A stretch of DNA of 64,000 bases from Eubacteriales bacterium (lineage in GTDB: Bacteria; Bacillota; Clostridia; Oscillospirales; JAAYXM01). Below the pieces are notes generated by a model. The model was not told the origin of the DNA, made no database searches, and was given only the letters and a program-made list of their open reading frames with translations. A program made the translations under genes and the position numbers. Below are positions 49,097-57,696 of the stretch, piece by piece; position 1 is the first letter of the stretch; each line of letters starts with the position of its first letter. The stretch covers positions 28,006 through 92,005 of the forward strand of contig JAZRPG010000017.1 in NCBI GenBank assembly GCA_045649105.1, read 5' to 3'.

Positions 49097-49546
49097 TTAT
49101 TTAATAGAGTTATATATTTTAAGCTCCTCCGGGGAGAGAAGTGCGGGATATCCGTCACTTTCAAAAGCTGCGAGGCTTTTTTTGAATACCGAATTTTTTG
49201 CCGTTCTCTTTAAGTTCAAAAGCTCTGAAAGCTTCTGCGATGCGGTAAGCTTCTTCTCAAGAGAGGCTTTTGTCTCTGAAAGCGCCGTGTTTTCTTTTTC
49301 AAGCTCCGCTACTTTATCGGACAGCTTTTCATTTTCAGCCATGACGGCGCGGAGCTGTGACTGTGCGCCCTCTGCAAGGGTCTCCGTGCTGCTCAGCTTG
49401 TTTTTGATTTCGTCCGCCTCGCGCTCAAGCCTTGCGTGCGACAGCGAAGAAAAAAGAATGAGCGTTGCCGCGAAAGCAAAGATTGCAACGCAATATATAA
49501 TAAGAAAACGCCGGCTGGTTTTCTTCTGCGTATTGTTTTCGTCCAT
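49097..49546 (-). CDS. membrane-anchored coiled-coil protein, unknown function
   Basis: 149 aa with an N-terminal TM (FLIIYCVAIFAFAATLILF) followed by heptad-rich sequence (KLSDKVAELEKENTALSETKASLEKKL). It sits between parB and serS with gaps of 11 nt (to parB) and 6 nt (to serS). Confidence 0.55.
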   Translation of the reverse strand: MDENNTQKKTSRRFLIIYCVAIFAFAATLILFSSLSHARLEREADEIKNKLSSTETLAEGAQSQLRAVMAENEKLSDKVAELEKENTALSETKASLEKKLTASQKLSELLNLKRTAKNSVFKKSLAAFESDGYPALLSPEELKIYNSIK

Positions 49547-49557
49547 GTTGCCACCTC

Positions 49558-50430
49558 CTACTTAAGGCGTTCAAGGAATTTGACAAGAAACTCAAGGTCC
49601 TCTGCTCCGTAGAACTCAAGCTCTATTTTTCCCTTTCGGCGTCCGTTTATAAGCTTAACCTTGCGCCCGAGCACACTTGTAAGGTTTCTTTCAAGCGCCT
49701 CGAGATAGTTGACCGTAACCGTGCCGCTGTCCTTTTGCGGCTCATCGTCCTTTTTGCGCTCAATCATGCGTTTTACGAGCGCCTCTGTCTGGCGCACGTT
49801 AAGCCCCTGCTCCGAGACAATATGGGCCGCGTCATTCTGCTCCTTTTCGCTCGGGAGGGCGAGAATCACCTTTGCGTGACCGCGCTCAATCTTTCCGTCA
49901 CGAAGAAGGGCAAGAGCTTCAGGCGCAAGCGCAAGAAGCCTGAGCGCGTTTGCAAGCGATGAGCGCGATTTTCCGAGCCGCTCTGCGGCTTCCTCCTGAG
50001 TCATTGAAAACTCGTCAATCAGCGCGCGGATACCCTCTGCTTCCTCAACAGCGTTTAAATCCTCGCGCTGGAGGTTTTCTATGAGCGCAATCTCGGCAGC
50101 CGTCTTGTCGTCAACCTCGACAATCACGGCAGGAACCTCTGTGAGCCCTGCGCGGCGCGCGGCGCGGAAGCGCCTCTCCCCCGCCACAATCTCGAAACGC
50201 CCGTTTCCTTTGCGGCGCAGAGCAAGCGGAGTGATTATACCGTGCATGCGTATGGATTCGGCAAGCTCCTCAAGCGTGTCCTCGTAAAAAAGCTTGCGCG
50301 GCTGGTTCTTGTTTGTATCTATATCGGTTATTTTTATTGTGCGGCTCGCGTCTTCAATTATTTGCTCTTCGGCGATATCGTTCATAAAAAGAGCATCGAG
50401 CCCTCTGCCAAGACCTTTTTTAACCATCAT
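49558..50430 (-). CDS. parB: chromosome partitioning protein ParB/Spo0J
   Basis: 290 aa, GLGRGLDALF, QPRKLF, IVAGERRFRAARRAGL, and HTH GKSRSSLANALRLL. ATGA overlap with parA. Confidence 0.9.
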   Translation of the reverse strand: MMVKKGLGRGLDALFMNDIAEEQIIEDASRTIKITDIDTNKNQPRKLFYEDTLEELAESIRMHGIITPLALRRKGNGRFEIVAGERRFRAARRAGLTEVPAVIVEVDDKTAAEIALIENLQREDLNAVEEAEGIRALIDEFSMTQEEAAERLGKSRSSLANALRLLALAPEALALLRDGKIERGHAKVILALPSEKEQNDAAHIVSEQGLNVRQTEALVKRMIERKKDDEPQKDSGTVTVNYLEALERNLTSVLGRKVKLINGRRKGKIELEFYGAEDLEFLVKFLERLK

Positions 50431-51200
50431 GTCGCCTCCTGTCTTGCGTTATTTTCAATTATTTCTGCGGCGAGGCGCAAATAGCACTCTGCCCCGCGCG
50501 AATATTTGTCGTATTCCATAACGGGCTTCCCGTGGCTGGGCGCCTCGGCGAGGCGCACATTGCGCGGAATGGTAACCGAAAAGACCTTTTTCGGAAAAAA
50601 GCGCTTGACCTCCTGCGCAATCTGCACGGAAAGGTTCGTGCGTGAGTCAAACATCGTAAGAAGAACGCCCTCAATATCGAGAGACGGATTAAGCCCCTTC
50701 TTTATGGTAGACATCGTGCTTGTGAGCGCGCTCAGACCCTCAAGGGCGTAAAATCCGCAATCAACGGGGACGAGCACGGAGTTTGCAGCGCAGAGCGAGT
50801 TTATCGTCAGCATGCCGAGAGACGGAGGGCAGTCAATAATTATGTAGTCGTAATTTGCCTCAACCGTCTTCAGAGCTTCGCGGAGAATAAAGTGGCGCTT
50901 GTCAACCGAAATGAGCTCAACCTCCGCGGCGGCAAGACTTGTGCTTGCGGGGAGAAGGTCACCGTACGGTGTTTTTCTTATTACATCTGAGCAATCTGTC
51001 CCGTTTATAATAATGTCATAAACGGTCTGCCCTTCTGAGCGCTTGTTCACACCGTAGCCGATGCTTGAGTGCGCCTGCGGGTCCATATCACAAAGAAGAA
51101 CGCGTTTTTTCATATAATTCAGCGAGGCTGCCAGATTGACGCATGTAGTCGTTTTTCCGACGCCGCCCTTCTGGTTTGCCACTGCTATTATTTTCGCCAT
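50427..51200 (-). CDS. parA: chromosome partitioning ATPase ParA/Soj
   Basis: MAKIIAVANQKGGVGKTTT (deviant Walker A). The start was moved to ATG 51200 after AGAGGTGA. The track ORF extension (to 51347) runs through the parS sites. Confidence 0.9.
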   Translation of the reverse strand: MAKIIAVANQKGGVGKTTTCVNLAASLNYMKKRVLLCDMDPQAHSSIGYGVNKRSEGQTVYDIIINGTDCSDVIRKTPYGDLLPASTSLAAAEVELISVDKRHFILREALKTVEANYDYIIIDCPPSLGMLTINSLCAANSVLVPVDCGFYALEGLSALTSTMSTIKKGLNPSLDIEGVLLTMFDSRTNLSVQIAQEVKRFFPKKVFSVTIPRNVRLAEAPSHGKPVMEYDKYSRGAECYLRLAAEIIENNARQEAT

Positions 51201-51277
51201 GCACATCACCTCTGATTGCAATAAATCCGTTTCTTTAATTATTATAACACGATAAGAGAAAAATTCAAGAGCAATAT

Positions 51278-51293
51278 TGTTCCACGTGGAACA
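51278..51293. other. parS site 1
   Basis: TGTTCCACGTGGAACA is a perfect 16-bp palindrome, one position off the B. subtilis parS consensus TGTTCCACGTGAAACA. Confidence 0.8.
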
Positions 51294-51322
51294 ATAAAAA
51301 TGCGGCAAAACAAAAACTGCAA

Positions 51323-51338
51323 TGTTCCATGTGGAACA
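51323..51338. other. parS site 2
   Basis: TGTTCCATGTGGAACA is embedded in the longer palindrome TGCAATGTTCCATGTGGAACATTGCA. Confidence 0.7.
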
Positions 51339-51732
51339 TTGCAGCAACTATATAAGGGTGAGGTTTAGGCGTTGGCGGAACCGAATAATTTTAATTCTAT
51401 CTTTAAGGCCATTAAAATCATGCCGTGAAGCAAAGCTTAAATTTTTAATTCTCTGTATTTAATAAAGTCAGATATGCAGTTTCTTGATATTTGAAGTTTT
51501 ATATTCGTGCCCTATCTCCCCACATACAAGCACAACATCATACGGTACCATTGAAATTAAGAGGTGGTTTTAATGTTTTTCAAAAGATTATATGATTTGC
51601 GAACAGATAAAAAGAAACCAAGATAGAGAGAAGATACATCACATACGATGTATGTTCTTTTTATGTGCCTTTAAAACTATTTGACAAAAAGCGACAAGTC
51701 TTTTCAGGGAGTAGTGAATAGGTATAATAAGT

Positions 51733-51766
51733 AAAACAGACAAGATTCAGTCAGAATCTTGTCTGT
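51733..51766 (-). terminator. rho-independent terminator after tRNA-Tyr
   Basis: CAGACAAGATTC-loop-GAATCTTGTCTG with TTTT on the minus strand. Confidence 0.75.
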
Positions 51767-51768
51767 TT

Positions 51769-51853
51769 TGGTGGAGGAGGGTGGATTCGAACCACCGAAG
51801 TCGACGACAACAGATTTACAGTCTGCCCCCTTTGGCCACTCGGGAACTCCTCC
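51769..51853 (-). tRNA. tRNA-Tyr (anticodon GTA), long variable arm, encoded CCA
   Basis: The reverse complement reads GGAGGAGTTCCCGAGTGGCCAAAGGGGGCAGACTGTAAATCTGTTGTCGTCGACTTCGGTGGTTCGAATCCACCCTCCTCCACCA. Confidence 0.9.
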
Positions 51854-51863
51854 ATATAAGTTT

Positions 51864-51939
51864 TGGAGCTGGTAATAGGACTTGAACCTACAACCTGCTG
51901 ATTACAAATCAGCTGCTCTGCCAATTGAGCTATACCAGC
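51864..51939 (-). tRNA. tRNA-Thr (anticodon TGT), encoded CCA
   Basis: The reverse complement reads GCTGGTATAGCTCAATTGGCAGAGCAGCTGATTTGTAATCAGCAGGTTGTAGGTTCAAGTCCTATTACCAGCTCCA. Confidence 0.9.
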
Positions 51940-51957
51940 GTTCACAAAAGCTTTTAA

Positions 51958-51986
51958 ATGATACCAAAAAAAACACGGTTTGTCAA
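51958..51986 (-). promoter_or_regulatory. sigma-A promoter for tRNA-Thr/Tyr
   Basis: Minus strand TTGACA (51986-51981), 17 nt, TATCAT (51963-51958). Confidence 0.6.
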
Positions 51987-52010
51987 CAGAAAAATAGAAA
52001 AAATTTAAAA

Positions 52011-52715
52011 TTATTTTTGAGCTGAGTCCATTCGCTCCCCGAGACGCTTGCCTGTAGTCTGCAGCACGGAAAGAATTGACTGCATAAGCGCCGGATATTC
52101 ACGGCTCAGATATTCCTGTGAAAGCTCCGGAAGGACTGCGGTATCGTCACCGTCGCTTCCTGTCTTAATATTCCCCGCAAGGCGCTTGATATTCATTTCC
52201 GCGATTGCAAGCTCGGCTGTTGAAAGCTCCGGCCAGAGATTGCCGTTTACAGAGAAAAAGTCAGCATCAAGAGTGCCGCTTGCGCTGTAAAGGCGCCGAA
52301 AGACTTTGTAAACCGCGATGTTGAAAAACATAGCGGTTTCGGATATAAGCTTCTTGCTCTTTGACTTGCCGACTATGTCGAATATGACGCTCAGAGAATT
52401 GATAATAAGCTTTTTGCTCAGCGTTGCGAGCATACTGCCGCGAAGAACATTGTCCTTATCCTCTGAGCTGTCAGGAAGGTCCTCTGCCGTAATTGTATAA
52501 TCCTCACGCGACATTGTGCGCCCCAGAAGAAAGTCAGACGATACTTTATAAAAATCAGCAACGCTTGCAACAAAATCAAGACCGGGCTCGCGGAGTCCGT
52601 TTTCATAATGAGAAAGGACAGCCTGAGACACGCCGAGCGCGGACGCAACAGAGCGCTGGCTCAAGCCTTTCTCCTTTCGGAGAAGCGAGAGTGTCCTCGG
52701 AAAATTTGTATTCAT
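52011..52715 (-). CDS. XRE-family HTH protein with about 150-aa C-terminal domain of unknown function
   Basis: 234 aa, LSLLRKEKGLSQRSVASALGVSQAVLSHYENGLREPGLDFVASVADFYKVSSDFLLG, followed by a non-HTH C-terminal region. Confidence 0.7.
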   Translation of the reverse strand: MNTNFPRTLSLLRKEKGLSQRSVASALGVSQAVLSHYENGLREPGLDFVASVADFYKVSSDFLLGRTMSREDYTITAEDLPDSSEDKDNVLRGSMLATLSKKLIINSLSVIFDIVGKSKSKKLISETAMFFNIAVYKVFRRLYSASGTLDADFFSVNGNLWPELSTAELAIAEMNIKRLAGNIKTGSDGDDTAVLPELSQEYLSREYPALMQSILSVLQTTGKRLGERMDSAQK

Positions 52716-52776
52716 TTTAATTCAATCTCCCCTAAAAATAGCAACAATAAGTATATTATAGACATATTTATACGGT

Positions 52777-52795
52777 TTGTAAAGGGAATTTACAA
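52777..52795. promoter_or_regulatory. inverted-repeat operator candidate in divergent XRE / ParB-like intergenic region
   Basis: TTGTAAA-GGGAA-TTTACAA, with perfect 7-bp arms. Confidence 0.35.
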
Positions 52796-52927
52796 AAGAA
52801 ATTAAAAAAATTACCGTATGCGATAAATTCCGATAAGTAAAAAAGGCGCGCCTTTTGCTACTTTTCGTCGATATGTTTTGCTTTACAAAATGGCAAAATA
52901 TGGTAAAATAAAATCGGAGGTGCAGAT

Positions 52928-53740
52928 ATGACGGGAAAGAACAAAAGAGAGACACTTTACGAAAAAGACAGAATAGTACATATACCGCTGCGGCTCATAG
53001 CGCCGAATCCCGCCCAGCCGCGGAGAAGGTTTAATCAGGAGGAGCTTTCCGAGCTTGCGGAGAGTATCCGTGAAAACGGCGTTCTGCAGCCGATAACGGT
53101 GAGACTTGTCGGGCGTGCATATTTTCTCATTGCGGGGGAGCGGCGCCTGCGCGCGGCGTATATGGCGGGGCTTTTGGAAATCCCGTGCATAGTAATTTGC
53201 GCAGATGACAGCAAGGCCGCGGTTCTCGCGCTTCTTGAAAATCTGCAGCGGGCAGAGCTGAGCTTTTTTGAGGAAGCTTCGGGAATGGAGCGGCTTATAC
53301 GCAGCTGCGGCTTTTCGCAGGAGGATATCGCGCGCAAGCTCGGCAAATCTCAGTCCGCAGTGTCTAATAAACTGCGCCTTTTAAGGCTCGGAAACGAGGT
53401 AATGAACGAAATAACGGAAGGCGGGCTTACCGAGCGGCATGCCCGCGCGGTTTTGCGGCTTAACACGCGCGAGGAGCGCATAAACGCGGTCAGGCACATA
53501 CGGAAGAATAATCTGAACGTATCACAGACGGATGAATATATAGAAAAGCTTCTTGTAAACCGCGACAGGCAAAAAGAGGAAGCGCCGCGCATGCGCCAGT
53601 ATGTCATAAAAGACGTGCGCCTGTTCTATAACACATTAAACCGCGCCGTTGATACAATGCGCCGCGCAGGTGTCAAGGCGGATTTTGAAAAGGACGAGGA
53701 TGATGAGGAAATCCGCGTTTCGATAAAAATTTTTAAATAA
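52928..53740 (+). CDS. second ParB-family protein (Noc/Spo0J paralogue)
   Basis: 270 aa, NPAQPRRRFNQEELSELAESIRENGVLQPITV, IAGERRLRAAYMAGL, and HTH GKSQSAVSNKLRLLRL. Confidence 0.8.
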   Translation: MTGKNKRETLYEKDRIVHIPLRLIAPNPAQPRRRFNQEELSELAESIRENGVLQPITVRLVGRAYFLIAGERRLRAAYMAGLLEIPCIVICADDSKAAVLALLENLQRAELSFFEEASGMERLIRSCGFSQEDIARKLGKSQSAVSNKLRLLRLGNEVMNEITEGGLTERHARAVLRLNTREERINAVRHIRKNNLNVSQTDEYIEKLLVNRDRQKEEAPRMRQYVIKDVRLFYNTLNRAVDTMRRAGVKADFEKDEDDEEIRVSIKIFK

Positions 53741-53745
53741 AAGAA

Positions 53746-53784
53746 CAAGAGACGCTGCGGTGGGAAAAGCCGCAGCGTCTCTTG
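53746..53784. terminator. bidirectional stem-loop between convergent genes
   Basis: CAAGAGACGCTGCGG-loop-CCGCAGCGTCTCTTG (15-bp stem). Confidence 0.65.
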
Positions 53785-53811
53785 CAAAAGAGAGAAAAAT
53801 GAAAGTGTAAG

Positions 53812-54213
53812 CTATTTGGGGTTTACAATGTCGCGCCAGCCCATATCGCCGCGCTCAAGACCGAGCACAAGCACCTCTGCCGTGGCGAGATTTGTCGCAA
53901 TCGGGATGTTGTGAACATCACAGAGGCGCAGAAGAGCCTGAACATCAGGCTCATGCGGCATTGCGGTAAGCGGGTCACGGAAGAAGACAAGCATGTCAAT
54001 CTCGTTATAGGCGATACGCGCGCCTATCTGCTGGTCACCGCCCTGAGGGCCTGATAAAAAGCCTTTGACATTAAGGCCGGTAGCTTCTGAGATAAGCTTT
54101 GCCGTCGTACCCGTGCCGCAGAGTGAATGCTTTGCGAGCGTGCCTTTATAAGCAATACAGAATTGTACCATAAGTTCCTTTTTTTTATCGTGTGCAATGA
54201 GCGCAATATTCAT
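53812..54213 (-). CDS. mgsA: methylglyoxal synthase
   Basis: 133 aa, [14 protein letters not shown]...[11 protein letters not shown]...[11 protein letters not shown]...[15 protein letters not shown]. Confidence 0.9.
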   Translation of the reverse strand: MNIALIAHDKKKELMVQFCIAYKGTLAKHSLCGTGTTAKLISEATGLNVKGFLSGPQGGDQQIGARIAYNEIDMLVFFRDPLTAMPHEPDVQALLRLCDVHNIPIATNLATAEVLVLGLERGDMGWRDIVNPK

Positions 54214-54229
54214 AACTTGAACTCCGTAA

Positions 54230-54988
54230 TCAGATTTTTCTTGAAATTTTCATAAGAGGAACATCGTCTCCCGTGATTCTGCGCGCAATATTGCGGTATG
54301 CCCGCGCCGCAGGAGATTTAAGGTTTGAGAAAACGAGCCTTCCGCGGTTTGCGGACGCAATTACATATTTGTCCTCGGGCACAATGCCGAGAAGCCGCGT
54401 GTTGGTCCTGTCTATGGCCTCGTCGATATTTGACATTTCAAGCCGCCGTATGAGGGACGGGCGAACACGGTTTACAACCAGGCGGATGTCGTTTATTCCG
54501 CGCGCGCGGAGAGATGCGCGGGTAAGCTGTGCATCGCGGAGACTGACCGCATCGGGAGTGCAGACGAGAATCGCGCGGTCAGCGGCAGAAGCTGCAAGGT
54601 TAAATCCGAAATCAAGCCCTGCAGGGCAGTCAATAATGCAGTAGTCACAAAGCTGCTTTATCTCCTGCACGAGCTCTGCAAGAGCCTCGACAGAAGTGTT
54701 TCTCCCGGCAAGCTCGCCGAGCGGAGAGGAAAGAAGACTGAGGTTTTCTATAAGCGGATGAGGAAGAAGTGCCCGCGAAAGCTCGACATTGCCGCAGATA
54801 ACATCCGTGAAGTCAAACAGTGCGGCATCAGCCACGCCGAGGACGATATCCATATTGCGGAGCCCGACATCAGCGTCAAGCACAACAACCCTGTTGCCGA
54901 GTGCGGCAAGACAACAGGCTATTCCCGATGCGACAGAGGTTTTCCCCGTGCCGCCCTTGCCAGAGGCAACGCAAATTGCCGTAGACAC
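54230..54988 (-). CDS. minD: MinD/ParA-family P-loop ATPase
   Basis: [19 protein letters not shown] (deviant Walker A) and [14 protein letters not shown]. The start was moved to GTG 54988, 9 nt after GGGAGGTG. No minC or minE is adjacent. Confidence 0.7.
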   Translation of the reverse strand: MSTAICVASGKGGTGKTSVASGIACCLAALGNRVVVLDADVGLRNMDIVLGVADAALFDFTDVICGNVELSRALLPHPLIENLSLLSSPLGELAGRNTSVEALAELVQEIKQLCDYCIIDCPAGLDFGFNLAASAADRAILVCTPDAVSLRDAQLTRASLRARGINDIRLVVNRVRPSLIRRLEMSNIDEAIDRTNTRLLGIVPEDKYVIASANRGRLVFSNLKSPAARAYRNIARRITGDDVPLMKISRKI

Positions 54989-55081
54989 AGACCGATGCAC
55001 CTCCCGTTTTTTATAAAAAGCGCGGCAGAACATTTGCCGATAAAAACAGTATACAATATAAAACAGAATTTGTAAATAATT

Positions 55082-57145
55082 TTAGGAAAGAAGAATGCCC
55101 TCTTTCGTGCGTGATACATTTTCAAAGCTTGAGGCAAAGTATGCATCAAAAACATCGCGCGCGACAGACGGAATGCGGCTTCCCTGCCCTCCGTTTTCCA
55201 CTATGACTGCAACGGCAATTTCGGGGTCTTCAAACGGAGCAAAGGCAACATACAGCGCGTGTGAGCCGCCGGGAGCCTGGGCCGAGCCCGTCTTTCCGCC
55301 GACGGAGACGGGGTAGTTAAGGAACACCGATGCCGAGGTGCCGCCCGCCTCCTGAGCGCCTGCGCGCATGCCCTCAAGGACAGCCCTGAGGTTTTGCGGA
55401 TTAAGCTCAAGAGAGCTTGCAACCTCCGGTTCCGTCTCCATAAGAATCCTGTTTGTATCAGGGTCGCGCAGACATTTAAGCAGGTGCGGCGTATATCTGA
55501 CGCCGCCGTTTGCAAGCTGCGCGATATAGTTTGCAAGCTGAATCGGCGTTACTGACGTGTCAGACTGGCCGATAGCCGCCGACAGTGTCTCGCCCGGATA
55601 CCACGGAAGATTTTTCGACTCGCGGTATTCCTTGCTTGCAACGATGCCGCGGCTTTCGCCTGCAAGCTCAATGCCTGTCTTTTCGCCGAATCCGAAGCGG
55701 TGTGCATAGTCGCTTATCGCATCGATTCCGGAAAGCCTGCCCACCTCGAAGAAAAAGTAGTTGCAGGAGACCTTTATCGCTTCAGAAACATCTATTTTCC
55801 CGTGCACCTTGCCGTACTGGCGGAAAATGTCGCACATCGGCGTTGTGGACGGCGCGTAGAACATGTACCGCCCCTTGGTGTCTATTTTCTGAGACGGAGA
55901 AACAACGCCGTTTTCAAGCGCGGTCAGCGCCGTGACCATCTTAAATGTGGACCCCGGCGGATAGACGCCGCTGATAGCCCTGTTAAAAAGAGGAAGAAGC
56001 GGGTCGCTCGAGAGTGAGTTATAGCTCTTTGTATATGTGGTAATGTCATATGTCGGATATGATGCCAGGGCGAGAACGCCGCCTGTCTTGACATCTATTG
56101 CAACGAGCGCTGCGCCCTTTGAGTCCCCGCCGCCCCAGCGCGTGTTAGTCTTTCCCTCGCGGCGGAGCTTGGGAACGATTTCAGAAAGAGCCTTTTCTGC
56201 CGCCTCCTGCACCTTAAGGTCAATTGTCAGAACGCAGTTTTTGCCGAGCACGGGCGGGTCCTCATAGAGAACCTTCGTGGTTTTTCCCGAGGCGGTAGTT
56301 TCCGTAGTGCGTGAGCCGTCAATGCCGCGCAGATACGATTCGTACGCTTTTTCTATGCCGTCCTTGCCGATAAGGTCGGTAAGTCCGTAGCCCTGACTTT
56401 TCAGCTCCTTATATTCGTCCTTGTAAATAATACCGACGCGTCCGAGGAGATGCGCAGCTGCAGATGTGCGGTACTCGCGTATCGGCTCTACTTCTATCAT
56501 AACGCCGGGGAGCGAGCGGCTGTGCTCCTTTATTTTAGTGACAAATTCGAGGTCAACATCGCGCGCAAAGGTATACGGCTGCGTTTTTGAAAATCCGCGC
56601 GTGTCCATTTCATAGCATATGCCGCAGACAGCGCGGCGGAGCTCGGGCGAAATTGTGTCAGACAGCTCAAACCGCTCGGAAAGACGCGATATAAAATCGG
56701 CGGCAGAAGTGTCAGACGGCCATTTACGGTCCTTTAAATATTCCGCAATGTCTTTTTCGCTTGAGGTCTCCTCGCCGTAGATGTAGGAATACGGCGGCGC
56801 GGCTGAGACGGGGAGCGTGTCGATGTATTCCTGCCCCTCTGCCGCACAGAGGGAAAGCAGGCGGGAGAGGATTTCCTCGCGGCGTGACTTGTCCCATGTC
56901 GTTGCGTCAAATACTATCGAAAAGCTCATCCTGTTTGTGACAAGAGGGCGCCCGAAGCGGTCGAGAATCTCGCCGCGAGGCGCAGTAATTGTCGATGTGC
57001 GCGATATGCGCTTTGTTGAACGCTCAAGATAGCTGTCACCGTTTATAATCTGCAGATTGTAAAGCCTGCCGAAGAAGATAACAGCGGCGGCGGCTGCAAT
57101 AATGGCAAGCGTCTTAAGACGCGCCGGATTTCTTCTGTTGTCCAA
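55082..57145 (-). CDS. mrdA: penicillin-binding protein 2 (class B transpeptidase)
   Basis: 687 aa with an N-terminal TM, a dimerisation domain (APRGEILDRFGRPLV) and the transpeptidase motifs STFK, SCN and KTG. Confidence 0.85.
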   Translation of the reverse strand: MDNRRNPARLKTLAIIAAAAAVIFFGRLYNLQIINGDSYLERSTKRISRTSTITAPRGEILDRFGRPLVTNRMSFSIVFDATTWDKSRREEILSRLLSLCAAEGQEYIDTLPVSAAPPYSYIYGEETSSEKDIAEYLKDRKWPSDTSAADFISRLSERFELSDTISPELRRAVCGICYEMDTRGFSKTQPYTFARDVDLEFVTKIKEHSRSLPGVMIEVEPIREYRTSAAAHLLGRVGIIYKDEYKELKSQGYGLTDLIGKDGIEKAYESYLRGIDGSRTTETTASGKTTKVLYEDPPVLGKNCVLTIDLKVQEAAEKALSEIVPKLRREGKTNTRWGGGDSKGAALVAIDVKTGGVLALASYPTYDITTYTKSYNSLSSDPLLPLFNRAISGVYPPGSTFKMVTALTALENGVVSPSQKIDTKGRYMFYAPSTTPMCDIFRQYGKVHGKIDVSEAIKVSCNYFFFEVGRLSGIDAISDYAHRFGFGEKTGIELAGESRGIVASKEYRESKNLPWYPGETLSAAIGQSDTSVTPIQLANYIAQLANGGVRYTPHLLKCLRDPDTNRILMETEPEVASSLELNPQNLRAVLEGMRAGAQEAGGTSASVFLNYPVSVGGKTGSAQAPGGSHALYVAFAPFEDPEIAVAVIVENGGQGSRIPSVARDVFDAYFASSFENVSRTKEGILLS

Positions 57146-57163
57146 TGCAAAGCCACCTCCTGC

Positions 57164-57685
57164 CTAAATATCCTCAGGTTCAGCAAACCACTTTCCCATT
57201 TTTGAGATAAACATATACAAAAACGGAGTAAACGGCGCTGTTGCAAGAATCTCGCCGGGAAGGACGAGGAAAATTGCCGATAAATTCCCCCGACCCGTGG
57301 TCAGGAGAAAAACGCAGCAATATATGATTGACTGAAAAATGAGCAGCATTACCCAGTTTAAAATTGACATGCCGTAGTTTTTCCAGTACATAAACTTGTC
57401 TATAAAGCATATGACGACGGCAAGCGTCGGCAGAACAACGGTATAAAACCCCTCGTGCCCGCCAAAGAGAGCATCGCTAAAAAAACCGGCAATAACTCCG
57501 GCAATTGCGCCTGTTGACGAGCCTTCAAGAAGGGCAATCGTCGCGACGATGAACGGAAGAAGCGACGGAGACGACGAAAAAACAGAAAAACGCGAAAAAA
57601 GCGTCGTCTGCAAAAGCAGGCAAAAGAGCATAAGCGCGCTGTACGTTATCCACTTGTAAATGACGCGGCGAGTGCTGTCAGTCAT
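57164..57685 (-). CDS. mreD: rod shape-determining protein MreD
   Basis: 173-aa polytopic membrane protein immediately downstream of mreC. Confidence 0.75.
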   Translation of the reverse strand: MTDSTRRVIYKWITYSALMLFCLLLQTTLFSRFSVFSSSPSLLPFIVATIALLEGSSTGAIAGVIAGFFSDALFGGHEGFYTVVLPTLAVVICFIDKFMYWKNYGMSILNWVMLLIFQSIIYCCVFLLTTGRGNLSAIFLVLPGEILATAPFTPFLYMFISKMGKWFAEPEDI

Positions 57686-57696
57686 ATCGCGCCCCC

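Noticed and set aside
51201-51347. N-terminal extension of ParA in the ORF track
   Set aside because: The extension reads through both parS palindromes and lacks an RBS. The canonical MAKIIAV...KGGVGKTT start at 51200 has a good SD. Similar upstream extensions were trimmed for xpt, mglC, mglB, rnhA, nifS, zapA, rnpA, GerAC and the 333-aa gene.
51751-51945. 64-aa minus-strand ORF
   Set aside because: It lies entirely within tRNA-Tyr and tRNA-Thr and is a translation artefact.
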